Notes: a model not told the origin generated them from the letters alone. DNA of 64,000 nucleotides from an uncultured Verrucomicrobiae bacterium (GCA_963762565.1 CAVXLD010000013.1:1-64000); one strand, 5' to 3'; counted from the first letter of the stretch, positions 1 through 9,864 are shown. Program-made: numbers and translations.

Positions 1-1353
1 ATGAGTAGTCCTGTCAGGGTTCGCTTTGCTCCTTCGCCGACCGGGTTTTTGCACGTTGGCGGAGCGCGCACCGCGCTTTTCAATTGGCTTTTCGCCCGGC
101 ATAATCAGGGCGTTTTCGTCCTCAGGATCGAGGACACGGACAAGAGTCGCGAACGTGAAGATGCAGTTGCCGTGATCTATGAAGGGCTCCGTTGGCTCGG
201 GCTGGAATGGGATGAAGGCGGAGACAAAGGAGGAAAGTTCGGTCCCTATTTTCAAAGCGAACGGGACGCAATCTACGAGAAGTATCTCAAGATCCTTGAC
301 GAAAAAGGACAAGTATATTCGGACGAAGGCGCTATTCGGTTTCGTGCGCCGCGCCGGCCCGTGGTTGTAGACGATATAATTTGTGGACGGATCGAGTTCG
401 ACCGCAGTATGGAACCCGATATGACCATCCGCCGGCCGGATGGGTCATGGATCTTCCATTTCGTTAACGTGGTTGACGATACCGAAATGAAAATCTCGCA
501 CGTGATTCGGGGCGAAGACCACTTAACGAATACGGCCAAACATGTTGCTCTTTACCAGGCATTGGGGATCGAGCCCCCGCGCTTCGCCCACATTCCGTTA
601 ATTCTTAACCCAGATGGCTCCAAGATGAGCAAGCGTGATGAGGGATCCAGTGTTTCTAGTTATATAGAGCAGGGATATGCGCCGGAAGCGGTCAGGAATT
701 ATCTCTGCCTGCTTGGTTGGTCGCCAAAAGACAATCGCGAGAAATTAGATATCGAAGAAACGATCCGGCTCTTCGATCTGGAGAAGGTGAATCGGCGCAA
801 TGCGTCCTTCGATCTCGACAAATGTAAGTGGCTGAATTGGCAGTATATCGCGCAAATGCCGATCTCGCGCTTCCGAGAATTAAGTCTGCCGTTTATTGAA
901 AAGGCAGGGATCCAAGTCACCGATGACGCGTACCTGATCGAGGTACTCAAGATTGTGCAGGAGAAGATAAAACTGCTGAAGGATGTTCCGGATTGGATCG
1001 GGTATTTTTTTACTGAGGATTACGAATACGATCCGGAAGCGGTGGCTAAGACTTTCGCCCGAGCCAGTCGCACCGAAGGCTTGGCGAAGGCGGAGCCGGA
1101 AGTGATGTCCCGGTTGGCCAAGTTGGGCGAGGCCTATAAATCGGTGCCTCAGTGGAACGCCTCGACGTTGGAAGTCGCGCTCAAGACTCTAGCAACCAGC
1201 ATCCCCTGCAAGGCCGGAGAACTGATCCATCCGGCGAGGCTGGCAGTGAGTGGGCGCTCGATTGGGCCGAGCCTTTATCACTTGCTTGAAGTCCTGGGGC
1301 GTGAGCGTGTGCTGGCTCGGTTGGGTCGGACGATCCAAAGGTTTAGCAAATAA
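1..1353 (+). CDS. gltX: Glutamate--tRNA ligase
   Basis: RVRFAPSPTGFLHVGG (HIGH-type), RIEDTD, HVIRGEDH and KMSKR motifs. Confidence 0.97.
   Translation: MSSPVRVRFAPSPTGFLHVGGARTALFNWLFARHNQGVFVLRIEDTDKSREREDAVAVIYEGLRWLGLEWDEGGDKGGKFGPYFQSERDAIYEKYLKILDEKGQVYSDEGAIRFRAPRRPVVVDDIICGRIEFDRSMEPDMTIRRPDGSWIFHFVNVVDDTEMKISHVIRGEDHLTNTAKHVALYQALGIEPPRFAHIPLILNPDGSKMSKRDEGSSVSSYIEQGYAPEAVRNYLCLLGWSPKDNREKLDIEETIRLFDLEKVNRRNASFDLDKCKWLNWQYIAQMPISRFRELSLPFIEKAGIQVTDDAYLIEVLKIVQEKIKLLKDVPDWIGYFFTEDYEYDPEAVAKTFARASRTEGLAKAEPEVMSRLAKLGEAYKSVPQWNASTLEVALKTLATSIPCKAGELIHPARLAVSGRSIGPSLYHLLEVLGRERVLARLGRTIQRFSK
1063..1095 (+). repeat. 33-bp mini repeat in-frame inside gltX
   Basis: 30/33 identical to the reverse complement of intergenic 47867-47899; similar to 44864-44895. 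Confidence 0.8.
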
Positions 1354-1370
1354 ACCCGAAACCCGAATTT

Positions 1371-1639
1371 AAGATCCGCAGATTACTCAGATTACGCAGA
1401 TTTTTTTCTCCGCCTGAAAGATTGCCTGGGGCAACCCACGCGGTTGGAATGGCAAAAGAGTATGAAACATTATATTTTTATGTTATTGGTTCTAAATGGA
1501 TGAGCAAACTTATCAAATTATTAGAGCAACTTCGGAACCAGAAGTCTGCAGCATCAGCGCTTTGTCTGGTCCCATGAGGCGTCAACCAAACCTGATTCTT
1601 AGAAAGAAATCTGCGTAATCTGTGTAATCTGTGGATCTT
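1371..1639. repeat. Inverted-repeat element with 9-mer (GCAGATTAC) tandem arms and AT-rich cargo
   Basis: 39-bp arms at 1371-1409 and 1601-1639, 36/39 complementary. Confidence 0.9.
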
Positions 1640-1665
1640 TAATCTTCTGCAGCTTGGAGTAAAAC

Positions 1666-2544
1666 GTGGGAGTCTGGACTGTCGAGAGGCTACAAGCGCT
1701 GTTACCCGGTGCTAGTAGTGGAGAGTTTAGGTTGGCGGTGCTGGGCGATCCCGTAGAGCATTCGCTTTCGCCGTTGATGCAAAACGCGGCTCTGGAAGCC
1801 CGCCGGTTGCCCTACCGGTACGACCGGATTCTGGTTTCGCCGGAAGAGCTTTCAACGGCTTTTGCCTGTTTGCGAAACCTGGAATTTGTCGGTTGGAACT
1901 TAACCATACCCCACAAAATCACTGGCTGCGGGCTGGTCGATCGTCTTGATCCCGAAGCCGAAGCGCTGGGTGCAATCAACACCGTGGTGAATCAGGATGG
2001 TAACCTGATCGGATTCAACACCGACGGTCGCGGCCTCAAAGCTGCACTCCTTGATGCGTTTGGGATCGCCCCAGCTAAATCCAGTATTGCCTTGCTGGGA
2101 GCCGGCGGCGGCGCAGGTCAGGCGTCCGCCCGGTTCTTGGCCAATCTGAAACCGGAAAGGCTTTTGCTAGTTAATCGGACCGCCGGAAAACTGGACGCAC
2201 TTCGCCGTGAACTCGCCGCGAATTCCAATGTAACCTTCTGGGATTTCAGCCAACTCAGAGAGGTTTTCCTAAAAGCGGATTTAGTCGTCAATGCGTCATC
2301 CCTGGGACTCGCAGGCGAAAGCCTGGATTGGGACCCGCAATGGCTGCGCCGGGAACATCGTTTGTTCGACATGGTTTATCGTCCTGAAGGGGAAACGCCA
2401 TTGGTAACCTGGGGTCGACAGAACCAAATCCCAGCGGTGGATGGCCGGTTGATGTTGCTGCACCAAGGCGCCTTTGCCTTTGACCATTGGTTTGGTCAGC
2501 CCGTTCCATTAGCGGCTATGCGCAAGGCCCTTATGGAGGGTTAG
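1666..2544 (+). CDS. aroE: Shikimate dehydrogenase
   Basis: GDPVEHSLSP, NLTIPHK, GAINT, GFNTDG and GAGGG motifs. Confidence 0.93.
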   Translation: MGVWTVERLQALLPGASSGEFRLAVLGDPVEHSLSPLMQNAALEARRLPYRYDRILVSPEELSTAFACLRNLEFVGWNLTIPHKITGCGLVDRLDPEAEALGAINTVVNQDGNLIGFNTDGRGLKAALLDAFGIAPAKSSIALLGAGGGAGQASARFLANLKPERLLLVNRTAGKLDALRRELAANSNVTFWDFSQLREVFLKADLVVNASSLGLAGESLDWDPQWLRREHRLFDMVYRPEGETPLVTWGRQNQIPAVDGRLMLLHQGAFAFDHWFGQPVPLAAMRKALMEG

Positions 2545-2745
2545 GGCGCCCTACCGCTCCCCGAATTCGTCCACGGCCTCGCTCCTGGGAGCGCCGATCC
2601 TCGTCGACCGCTCCCCGAGCACTCACCGTTTTGCTTGCGCAGCGGCCCCAAATACGGCAAAAATGGGGGCCAGTCTGAAACCTAACTATTGTACGAATTG
2701 TGATGACTGGATAACAGGCTTAAGGTACCGGGCACTTCTTTTTCT

Positions 2746-4440
2746 GTGATTCAAAATTTGTTGAAAATCGCCCGCGACAGTCATTGCACTGACGTACGCG
2801 CTTGCGAAGAAATCCTACAGGGAGCCGCCGAAGATCAGAGGTCTTTGATCCGAGCAATTCTCGATGCCCGGGTCGTTGATGAGGCGAAATTTCTGCGAGC
2901 GGTGAGCGGCTGGCTCGGAATTCCTTGGTGGGAAGAGGCAATTAATTCGGTCGCAGCTCCCCTGCGGGAAAAAATACCGGCTCGTCTTGCCCTTCGGCAC
3001 CAGATCGTGCCTCTCAGACTTGAGGACAACACGGTTTGGGTTGGTTTTTACGATCCGTTTGATCTGGTGGCGCGTCAGGCGTTGGCGGGTGCGTTGGAGC
3101 AGAAGGTCGTTTACAACATGGTGACCAGGACCCAGCTCCTGCAGGCGCTAAGGCAAGGGTACGGCATCGGCGCAGAAACCTTTGAAGCGCTGCTCGAAGG
3201 CAGAGCAAACGACGACGACCCGGACCTACGCCAGGAAACCAATGTCATCGATGTCGACGATTCGGAAGCGTCCGTCGTCAAGTTTGTGAACCAGATTTTG
3301 CGCGAAGCCTTAGAGCAGAGGGCGACCGACATTCATTGTGAGCCGATGGCATCCGATCTTCGGATTCGATACCGCATCGATGGTGTCCTCCACGAAGTAC
3401 CGGTTCCGGCCAATATCCGCGTACTGCAAGCTTCGGTTATTTCGCGTTTAAAAGTGATGGCGCGCTTGGATATTGCCGAGCGTCGGTTGCCTCAGGATGG
3501 ACGCATCAATCTTGAATTGGATGGCCAACCGATCGACGTTCGCGTGGCGACGATTCCGTCGGTAACTGGGGAAAGCGTCAGTCTTCGCCTTTTAGGTCAA
3601 GAGAAATTCACTTTTGATCGTCTAGGTCTCGATCCCGACTCTCGCCGTAGGATCGAACATCTTTTGTCGCTACCTAACGGCATCGTACTAGTAACCGGGC
3701 CAACTGGCTGCGGTAAATCGACTTCTCTTTACACGTTTCTGTCCATCTTAAACACAAAGGAACGGCGGATCGTTACGGTTGAGGACCCGGTTGAATATCA
3801 GCTGCCCGGCGTCATTCAAATTGCGGTTAAACCTGAAATTGATCTGACTTTCGCCAATGGATTGCGCAGCATCCTTCGAGGCGACCCGAACGTGATTATG
3901 GTGGGGGAAATGCGCGACCGGGAGACAGCGGAGATCGCCATTCGTGGCGCACTGACTGGCCACTTGGTATTTAGCACATTGCACACGAACGATGCGATCG
4001 GCGGTATCACCCGGTTGCTAGATATGGGGATAGAGCCATTCTTAGTGGGCAGTTCGGTGCGAGCGTTTATCGCTCAACGATTGGTGCGCGTGCTTTGTCC
4101 CCGCTGCAAACAGCCCGGTGAATATTCCTCGGAATACTTTCGTAAGGTTGGGTTCGCTCCGGACAAGGACCACCCTCCTTACGCCGCGGTCGGCTGCCAT
4201 GCCTGCCGAAACACTGGATTCCTAGGCAGAGCTGCTATCTACGAAATCTGTATGGTTTCGTCGCAAATTCAGGACCTGATCGTAGGTGGCAAAACCGCTT
4301 CTGCTCTGCGCGCGGCCGCTGTCGAAGAGGGAATGGTACCGCTGCGACAGTATGGTTGGACCAAGGTTTACGAAGGTGTTACTACGATCGAAGAAGTCGC
4401 GCGCGTAACCGCCGCTGAGCTCGAGATGGCCGAGGAGTAG
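2746..4440 (+). CDS. GspE/PulE/PilB-family secretion ATPase
   Basis: Walker A GPTGCGKST, TVEDPVEY, LRGDPNVIMVGEMRD, GHLVFSTLHTND, two CxxC zinc motifs. Confidence 0.95.
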   Translation: MIQNLLKIARDSHCTDVRACEEILQGAAEDQRSLIRAILDARVVDEAKFLRAVSGWLGIPWWEEAINSVAAPLREKIPARLALRHQIVPLRLEDNTVWVGFYDPFDLVARQALAGALEQKVVYNMVTRTQLLQALRQGYGIGAETFEALLEGRANDDDPDLRQETNVIDVDDSEASVVKFVNQILREALEQRATDIHCEPMASDLRIRYRIDGVLHEVPVPANIRVLQASVISRLKVMARLDIAERRLPQDGRINLELDGQPIDVRVATIPSVTGESVSLRLLGQEKFTFDRLGLDPDSRRRIEHLLSLPNGIVLVTGPTGCGKSTSLYTFLSILNTKERRIVTVEDPVEYQLPGVIQIAVKPEIDLTFANGLRSILRGDPNVIMVGEMRDRETAEIAIRGALTGHLVFSTLHTNDAIGGITRLLDMGIEPFLVGSSVRAFIAQRLVRVLCPRCKQPGEYSSEYFRKVGFAPDKDHPPYAAVGCHACRNTGFLGRAAIYEICMVSSQIQDLIVGGKTASALRAAAVEEGMVPLRQYGWTKVYEGVTTIEEVARVTAAELEMAEE

Positions 4441-4456
4441 CGAGGGAACGTGAAAG

Positions 4457-4643
4457 GTGATTGGTGATTTGTGATTGGTGAAAGGCAAAGCCCGCAACCG
4501 CGCCATCCGAAATGACAAAGCTTCTTAAGCGTCATATTAGTCTGATTCGTGCGATGCGCCTGTTCAGTGTGACCGCTCCTGGCGTACAGCACCAATCACC
4601 AATCACTAATCACCAATCACATAGCGACCAGTGAAAGGGAGCT
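4457..4643. repeat. Inverted element with GTGATTG 7-mer arms and AGCGACC..GAAAGGGAGCT cap
   Basis: Arms at 4457-4480 and 4590-4620; same arms and cap at 5904-6105. Confidence 0.85.
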
Positions 4644-4650
4644 ACTAGCC

Positions 4651-5883
4651 ATGCCTGTATTCGTCTTCGAGGCAGTAAACCGAGGGGGGAAACGCGTTCG
4701 CGGAGAACTGACCGCCCAGAGCCGGTCGGAGGTGTTCCGAAAACTCGATATCGATCGCCTTCAACCGATCAAGATCGAGGAGAAGGACGGTGTAAACGGT
4801 AGTAAGACGCCGGTCACCGAGCGCGTTGTAACCACTAAAGTCCGGCTTTCACGGGGGCAGATCATTCGTTTTACCGAAGAGCTAAGTGATCTTTTGGATG
4901 CCGGGTTGCAGATCGATCCCGCTCTCCACGTCATGGAGAAGCGCAAAGAGCTTTCCGCGCTAAAAAATGTGGCGGGTGCACTTCGCTCCCATGTTCGTGA
5001 CGGCAGCAGTCTGTCAACGGCGATGCGCGCTGTGTGCCCGAGTTTTGGCGAGCTTTACTGTAACTTGGTGTCTGCCGGAGAATTGAGCGGATCTTTACCG
5101 CAGCTTTTACGCAGGCAAGCCCAGTTTCTGGTTACGATCAGTGATCTGCAAGGAAAGGTGTTTGCGGCTTTGACCTATCCGGCCATGATTTTTGTGGTCG
5201 GCATCGGTCTGATTGTCATTTTCATGACCTATCTGGTCCCGCAGATCACGGTGCTCTTTGAAAAGACCGGCAAAGAAATTCCGTTATTGACGCGGCTCTT
5301 GATCCAGACCAGTGGGTTTATGGCGAACTATTGGTGGGCGATCCTGGCAACGGTGGTGATGGTCTGTGTCGGGTTTTGGCAGTTAATCAGTACGCCGGGC
5401 GGACGCCGATGGTGGCACCAAACCCAGATCGGCCTGCCGATAGTGGGAGGTATACTTCGCGGCCGTTTCTATGCCCAATTTGCCCAAACTCTGGCCAACC
5501 TGGTTCAAAATGGTCTTCCCTTGCTGAACGGTCTCCAGTTGGTCAAGGGAGGCACAGGCAATGAACACTGGCAGACGCTTATTCAGAAGGTGACAGATTA
5601 CGTCGGAGAAGGCGGTTCTTTCTCACGAGGCCTAGAAAAACTGTCCGACTTTCCACCGATGTTTATCGATATGGTCGCGGTCGGCGAGCAGACGGGCGAC
5701 CTGGCTAAAGCCCTGGATAAAGTCGGCCAGAAATATGACAAAGAGTTGAATCTCAAGATTCAGCGCCTCACGGCCTTAGTGCAACCGGTCGTGATTTTTG
5801 TGATGGCCGGCATGGTGGGCATAATCGCTTATTCAATTATCAACGGCATCTTTGACGCCGTGTCCGGACTGCAGAATGGATGA
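4651..5883 (+). CDS. GspF/PilC-family inner-membrane platform protein
   Basis: Two T2SSF-like repeats (AGELSGSL, VGEQTGDL), ALTYP, transmembrane segments; follows the gspE-like gene. Confidence 0.93.
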   Translation: MPVFVFEAVNRGGKRVRGELTAQSRSEVFRKLDIDRLQPIKIEEKDGVNGSKTPVTERVVTTKVRLSRGQIIRFTEELSDLLDAGLQIDPALHVMEKRKELSALKNVAGALRSHVRDGSSLSTAMRAVCPSFGELYCNLVSAGELSGSLPQLLRRQAQFLVTISDLQGKVFAALTYPAMIFVVGIGLIVIFMTYLVPQITVLFEKTGKEIPLLTRLLIQTSGFMANYWWAILATVVMVCVGFWQLISTPGGRRWWHQTQIGLPIVGGILRGRFYAQFAQTLANLVQNGLPLLNGLQLVKGGTGNEHWQTLIQKVTDYVGEGGSFSRGLEKLSDFPPMFIDMVAVGEQTGDLAKALDKVGQKYDKELNLKIQRLTALVQPVVIFVMAGMVGIIAYSIINGIFDAVSGLQNG

Positions 5884-5903
5884 GCTATCTGCGCTCATCC
5901 ATT

Positions 5904-6105
5904 GTGAGAGGTGATTGGTGAGAAGTGATTGGTGTCCTCATGTCTGCCACTGGAACAAAACAAACTGACCGGACTAATCCAATGAGTTGTATTACATCTT
6001 CTCCGTCCGATTGATACGACTAGGTCCATCGGCCGACATGAGCTTACCAATCACCAATCACCAATCACCAATCACTTCTCACGCAGCGACCCGCGAAAGG
6101 GAGCT
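5904..6105. repeat. GTGATTG 7-mer-armed inverted element overlapping the HAD gene start
   Basis: Arms at 5904-5934 and 6046-6082; cap at 6085-6105. Confidence 0.85.
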
Positions 6106-6877
6106 GCCGCTCCGCCTACTGAGCCTCGACTTCGATGGCACAATGGTCGGTCCTTGGTTGGACGGCAAAGCGGCGGTTAGCGATGAATTGGTTCGTTGTC
6201 TTGCTGCGTTAAGGAAAGGGGGTGTCTTCCTGGCTGTGAACACCGGGCGCAATTTGGCTTTAGTGGATCAGGGAAGGGAACTGTTCCCGGCGACACCCGA
6301 CTTCGCCCTGACCACCGAACGAGAGATTTTTCGCTGGAGCAAGGAGGGTTGGGAACCGCTATCCGAATGGAACGAACAATGTCACCAAGATCACGAGGAG
6401 CTTTACTCGGAGGCCTCGCTACTTTTGGCTGAGATCGAGGCCGATATCTCGAATGAAAGACAGGCCCGTTCGCATCGAGAGCACGGACGGATGGTAGGAC
6501 TGATCGCTCAAAACAACGATGAAATGGACCGCATCGTCGATTACTTGCGATTGAAATGTAGCCGGGTCGCAAACCTGTCTTTCCAGCGAAATTCCATCTA
6601 TCTTCGATTTTGCCACGCGGTGTACAATAAAGGGTCAGTCCTCAAAGCGCTGCAGACTCACCTGGGCATTCAGCCGCATGAGACTTTTGCGGCAGGTGAT
6701 AACTTCAACGATTTACCGATGCTCGACCCTGAGATCGCCTATCATTTGGCTTGCCCCGCCAACAGCGTCGACGAGGTCAAAGAAACGGTCAGACGCCATG
6801 GCGGTTACGTAGCAGATCAGTCCGGTGGGGACGGCGTTGCCGAGGCACTCCGCAGGATTTGTCCTCATCTAGCCTGA
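6038..6877 (+). CDS. HAD-IIB (Cof-like) hydrolase/phosphatase
   Basis: LDFDGT motif I, NTGR motif II, NKG, AAGDNFNDLPML motif IV; start set at ATG 6038. Confidence 0.85.
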   Translation: MSLPITNHQSPITSHAATRERELPLRLLSLDFDGTMVGPWLDGKAAVSDELVRCLAALRKGGVFLAVNTGRNLALVDQGRELFPATPDFALTTEREIFRWSKEGWEPLSEWNEQCHQDHEELYSEASLLLAEIEADISNERQARSHREHGRMVGLIAQNNDEMDRIVDYLRLKCSRVANLSFQRNSIYLRFCHAVYNKGSVLKALQTHLGIQPHETFAAGDNFNDLPMLDPEIAYHLACPANSVDEVKETVRRHGGYVADQSGGDGVAEALRRICPHLA

Positions 6878-6921
6878 ATTGCTCAAAAAATGCGCATGCA
6901 TTTTTTGAGCAATTCAGGCTA
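6870..6921. repeat. Perfect 24-bp palindrome with GCTCAAAAAATG core (possible terminator)
   Basis: Arms at 6870-6893 and 6898-6921, 4-nt loop. Confidence 0.85.
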
Positions 6922-6945
6922 CGATGCTTGTTTCGCGTGCGTTAG

Positions 6946-7635
6946 ATGACTGAGCGGATTCTAGTGGTTGAGGATGAAGCCGATGTTGCGGAACTGATTG
7001 CGCATCATCTCGGGAAGGCAGGGTTTTCTGTCGAGGTGGCAGCAGATGGCTTGTCCGCTCTGGATTTGATTAAGAGTAATCCGCCGGCTCTGGTTGTTCT
7101 GGATTTGATGCTGCCCCAGATGTCGGGACTTGATCTCTGTCGCGCAATTAAAGCAGACGCTCGCACGCGCGAGGTGGTGGTCTTGATTCTTTCGGCTAGG
7201 ACGGACGAAATTGACCGAGTGATCGGGTTCGAGCTTGGCGCTGACGATTATGTCGTGAAGCCTTTCAGCCCACGAGAACTCGTGCTTCGCGTTCGGGCAA
7301 TCTTTCGCCGGCGCGGCTCGAGTGGAGATGGCGGCGAACGCCTTAAGATTGGTGAGCTGACCCTCGATTGTTCCCGCCACGAGGTAAAAGCTGCCAATCG
7401 GGTGGTGGAATGTACGGCCACGGAATTCAAACTTCTTCGCATCTTGATGGAACGGCACGGCCGGGTTCAAGGCCGGGACCGGCTCCTTAGCGATGTCTGG
7501 GGATACGACTCGATCATCGACACACGGACGGTCGACACTCATATGCGCAGGCTCAGAGATAAACTCGGGGACTGCGCGAGCTACATCGAAACCGTAAGGG
7601 GCTTCGGCTATCGTCTTGCTCACCCCGCCAGGTAG
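6946..7635 (+). CDS. OmpR/PhoB-family response regulator, probably PhoB/PhoP
   Basis: Receiver domain (VVEDE, LDLMLP, KPF) plus winged helix (TRTVDTHMRRLR, TVRGFGY); upstream of porin and pstB. Confidence 0.9.
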   Translation: MTERILVVEDEADVAELIAHHLGKAGFSVEVAADGLSALDLIKSNPPALVVLDLMLPQMSGLDLCRAIKADARTREVVVLILSARTDEIDRVIGFELGADDYVVKPFSPRELVLRVRAIFRRRGSSGDGGERLKIGELTLDCSRHEVKAANRVVECTATEFKLLRILMERHGRVQGRDRLLSDVWGYDSIIDTRTVDTHMRRLRDKLGDCASYIETVRGFGYRLAHPAR

Positions 7636-7735
7636 TTGAATTTCGGGTCCGGCTGGGCGGAATCTTGGCAAAAGCCCTGCTCTACCCGGAAGATGTGAAA
7701 CCCGGGTCCCGGCTGGGGCGGAATGTTGGCAAGAA

Positions 7736-7765
7736 TGTTACCTTTTTGCCATCTGTTTGTAACAT
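7736..7765 (+). promoter_or_regulatory. Putative Pho-box-like array
   Basis: TGTTAC (7736), TGCCAT (7747) and TGTAAC (7758) in exact 11-bp phase, resembling TGTCAT units; phosphate-gene context. Confidence 0.5.
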
Positions 7766-7935
7766 TTGGTTGCTCAAGTCAGGCTGGTTGGAGACGATTG
7801 GCTGAGGGGTTAACAGACCCTTTTTTGTGGTTGCGCCAGAAAGCTAAAGTAGAGTATATCGGTCTGGTTTAGAGGGCGGCTTCGTCTGCCATCATTGTTC
7901 CAAGGAGAAAACAAGGAGAAAACCGAGAAATACCA

Positions 7936-9504
7936 ATGACACGACACAAAATCTGTTTGCTTGCGTTAGGCGGCCTGATTGCCTTATCCGCCGCTAGCGT
8001 GAGGGCCGATGACAGCGCGCTCTTGGACGTGTTGGTCAAGAAAGGGATCTTGACCAAACAAGAAGCGGAAAAGCTCGAAGCTGAGGTCAGCAAAGAGCCG
8101 GTCACTACGGCGCCGCAGGGGCCAGTCATCAAGATCGGTGACTGGGTCCAGGAGCTTGATCTCTACGGAGACATGCGGTTCCGGGAGTATTACCAGAACT
8201 ACGAACAGCAACTTCCGACGCAACCCATATCGAATTTCGATAAGAACATTCAACGTCAGCGGATACGGTTCCGGCTGCGTTTAGACGCTACTTTCAAGCT
8301 GGCGGACAATTTCTTTGGTGGTGTTGAGTTATCGACCTCGGACAATCGCGACGGTACGACGACCAACGCGACCTATACGAGCGGTGTGGATAACTACGAT
8401 ATCTACATCAGCCGCGCGTTCATGGGTTGGGCGCCGATTGATGGCATCACCTTTGTAATCGGTAAACAGAATAATCCGTTCTACACCACAGAACTGAATT
8501 GGGCGCCAGATGTCGGTCCTGCCGGCGTTGTGGAACGAGTGGATTTCCATCGTCTATTTGGCTGGGGCTCCGGTGGCGAGCCTGCGGGGTACAGCAAAGA
8601 TGGGAAGACAGCTCCTCCTCCAGCCCCTGCGCCAAGCGGATTCCCGTTGGAACTGAGTCTCATTGCGGGCCAGTTTATCTTCTATAACAACAACGCTGAC
8701 TCCAGCTTATCCTTCAACAAGACGGATGCGTTCTTCTTCGACACTCAATTGTTGGGTAGAGTCAAATTGTTCCACGATGCGGTAGAAGTGACGTTTGGGC
8801 CGCAGGTCCAAGTTTGGAACAACGCAGGTCTCGGACCAACAGGTGTGCTCCCGAACGGGCAGCCAAACCCGGCGACAGCACCGGCCCAAGGCACCGGAAC
8901 TGGCACTCTGGGAACACTGGATGACGCAGCGCCGTTCCCGGTGTCGACGCGTGACGAGTTTTACCTCCAAGCGCCCGGAGACATTACCTTCAAACTCGCC
9001 GGCATCCCGGTATCGCTCTATTGGGATACGACCTACAATGTGTGGGGACCTGAGCGCTTCAGTGAGGTCTATGGTCCGCTGTTCAGCAAAGTCATTTATA
9101 CGAAGTCGAAAACTGGTACTGTTACGACGACCTTCGCTGATCGCGTATCACCCACGTTCCAAGATTATTTTGGCTGGTTGGCTGGAATCAAGATTGGCCA
9201 GAACAAGAAAGCCGGTGATTTGAGTCTTTTGGTTGACTATCGGCAGCTCGGTCTTGCTTCGGCAGACCCGAACATCAACAGTAACGACTTCAACCTGAGT
9301 TACTTGAACGCAGTTGGCTGGCGCTTCAGTGTTGCCTACAACCTGACCGACTTCGCAGTCTTTGCGGTGACTGGCTGGTTCGCGAATAATCTGGATAGAA
9401 ACCTGTATGGTGGCTATGCAACCAGTCCTCCAACCGGGGGCGCGGCGCTGGCTAATGCTAACTCTTCTGAGGTCATCGCGGTCGACCTGGCTTTCAAATT
9501 CTAA
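7936..9504 (+). CDS. Putative outer-membrane porin, possibly phosphate-starvation induced
   Basis: Signal peptide, LLDVLVKKGILT N-domain, RIRFRLRL, amphipathic strands, C-terminal Phe (DLAFKF). Confidence 0.85.
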   Translation: MTRHKICLLALGGLIALSAASVRADDSALLDVLVKKGILTKQEAEKLEAEVSKEPVTTAPQGPVIKIGDWVQELDLYGDMRFREYYQNYEQQLPTQPISNFDKNIQRQRIRFRLRLDATFKLADNFFGGVELSTSDNRDGTTTNATYTSGVDNYDIYISRAFMGWAPIDGITFVIGKQNNPFYTTELNWAPDVGPAGVVERVDFHRLFGWGSGGEPAGYSKDGKTAPPPAPAPSGFPLELSLIAGQFIFYNNNADSSLSFNKTDAFFFDTQLLGRVKLFHDAVEVTFGPQVQVWNNAGLGPTGVLPNGQPNPATAPAQGTGTGTLGTLDDAAPFPVSTRDEFYLQAPGDITFKLAGIPVSLYWDTTYNVWGPERFSEVYGPLFSKVIYTKSKTGTVTTTFADRVSPTFQDYFGWLAGIKIGQNKKAGDLSLLVDYRQLGLASADPNINSNDFNLSYLNAVGWRFSVAYNLTDFAVFAVTGWFANNLDRNLYGGYATSPPTGGAALANANSSEVIAVDLAFKF

Positions 9505-9517
9505 GCAAGCGACGGAC

Positions 9518-9709
9518 ATGAATCGAAAGTTTTTCAAGATGAAAACGATGACATTACTTTTGGTCGTTGCTGCCGGGTTCGGCTCGATGCTGCTGTCGTC
9601 CTGCGCAACGGGAGGCGCTCAGGCTTCTACCAACCCTGCTTATTACGATCCCAACTCCAAGAATTTCCCTGATACTCGCTGGCCTTTCGGGCCGGGGGGC
9701 TTCCGGTAG
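9518..9709 (+). CDS. Small lipoprotein 1 with WPFG motif
   Basis: Lipobox LSSC; C-terminal YYDPNSKNFPDTRWPFGP. Confidence 0.8.
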   Translation: MNRKFFKMKTMTLLLVVAAGFGSMLLSSCATGGAQASTNPAYYDPNSKNFPDTRWPFGPGGFR

Positions 9710-9756
9710 TCTTGGGGCGTCTGCTTAAAGGCAGCGTTGAATAGCTCTCTGATTGT

Positions 9757-9791
9757 GATTTTGCTCCAGCTTGCTGGAGCAAAATCTTTTT
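9757..9791 (+). terminator. Rho-independent terminator
   Basis: GATTTTGCTCCAGC-TT-GCTGGAGCAAAATC followed by a T tract. Confidence 0.7.
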
Positions 9792-9864
9792 ATGGGCAAT
9801 CCCTATTTACGGTTGCCAACCTGCTAATATCCATCGACCAATAGCCGCCCGGGAAAGGGCCTTC

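Noticed and set aside
6961..7671. 236-aa antisense ORF (likewise 48228-48941, 26563-27201 and 63174-63929)
   Set aside because: Shadow ORFs opposite conserved genes.
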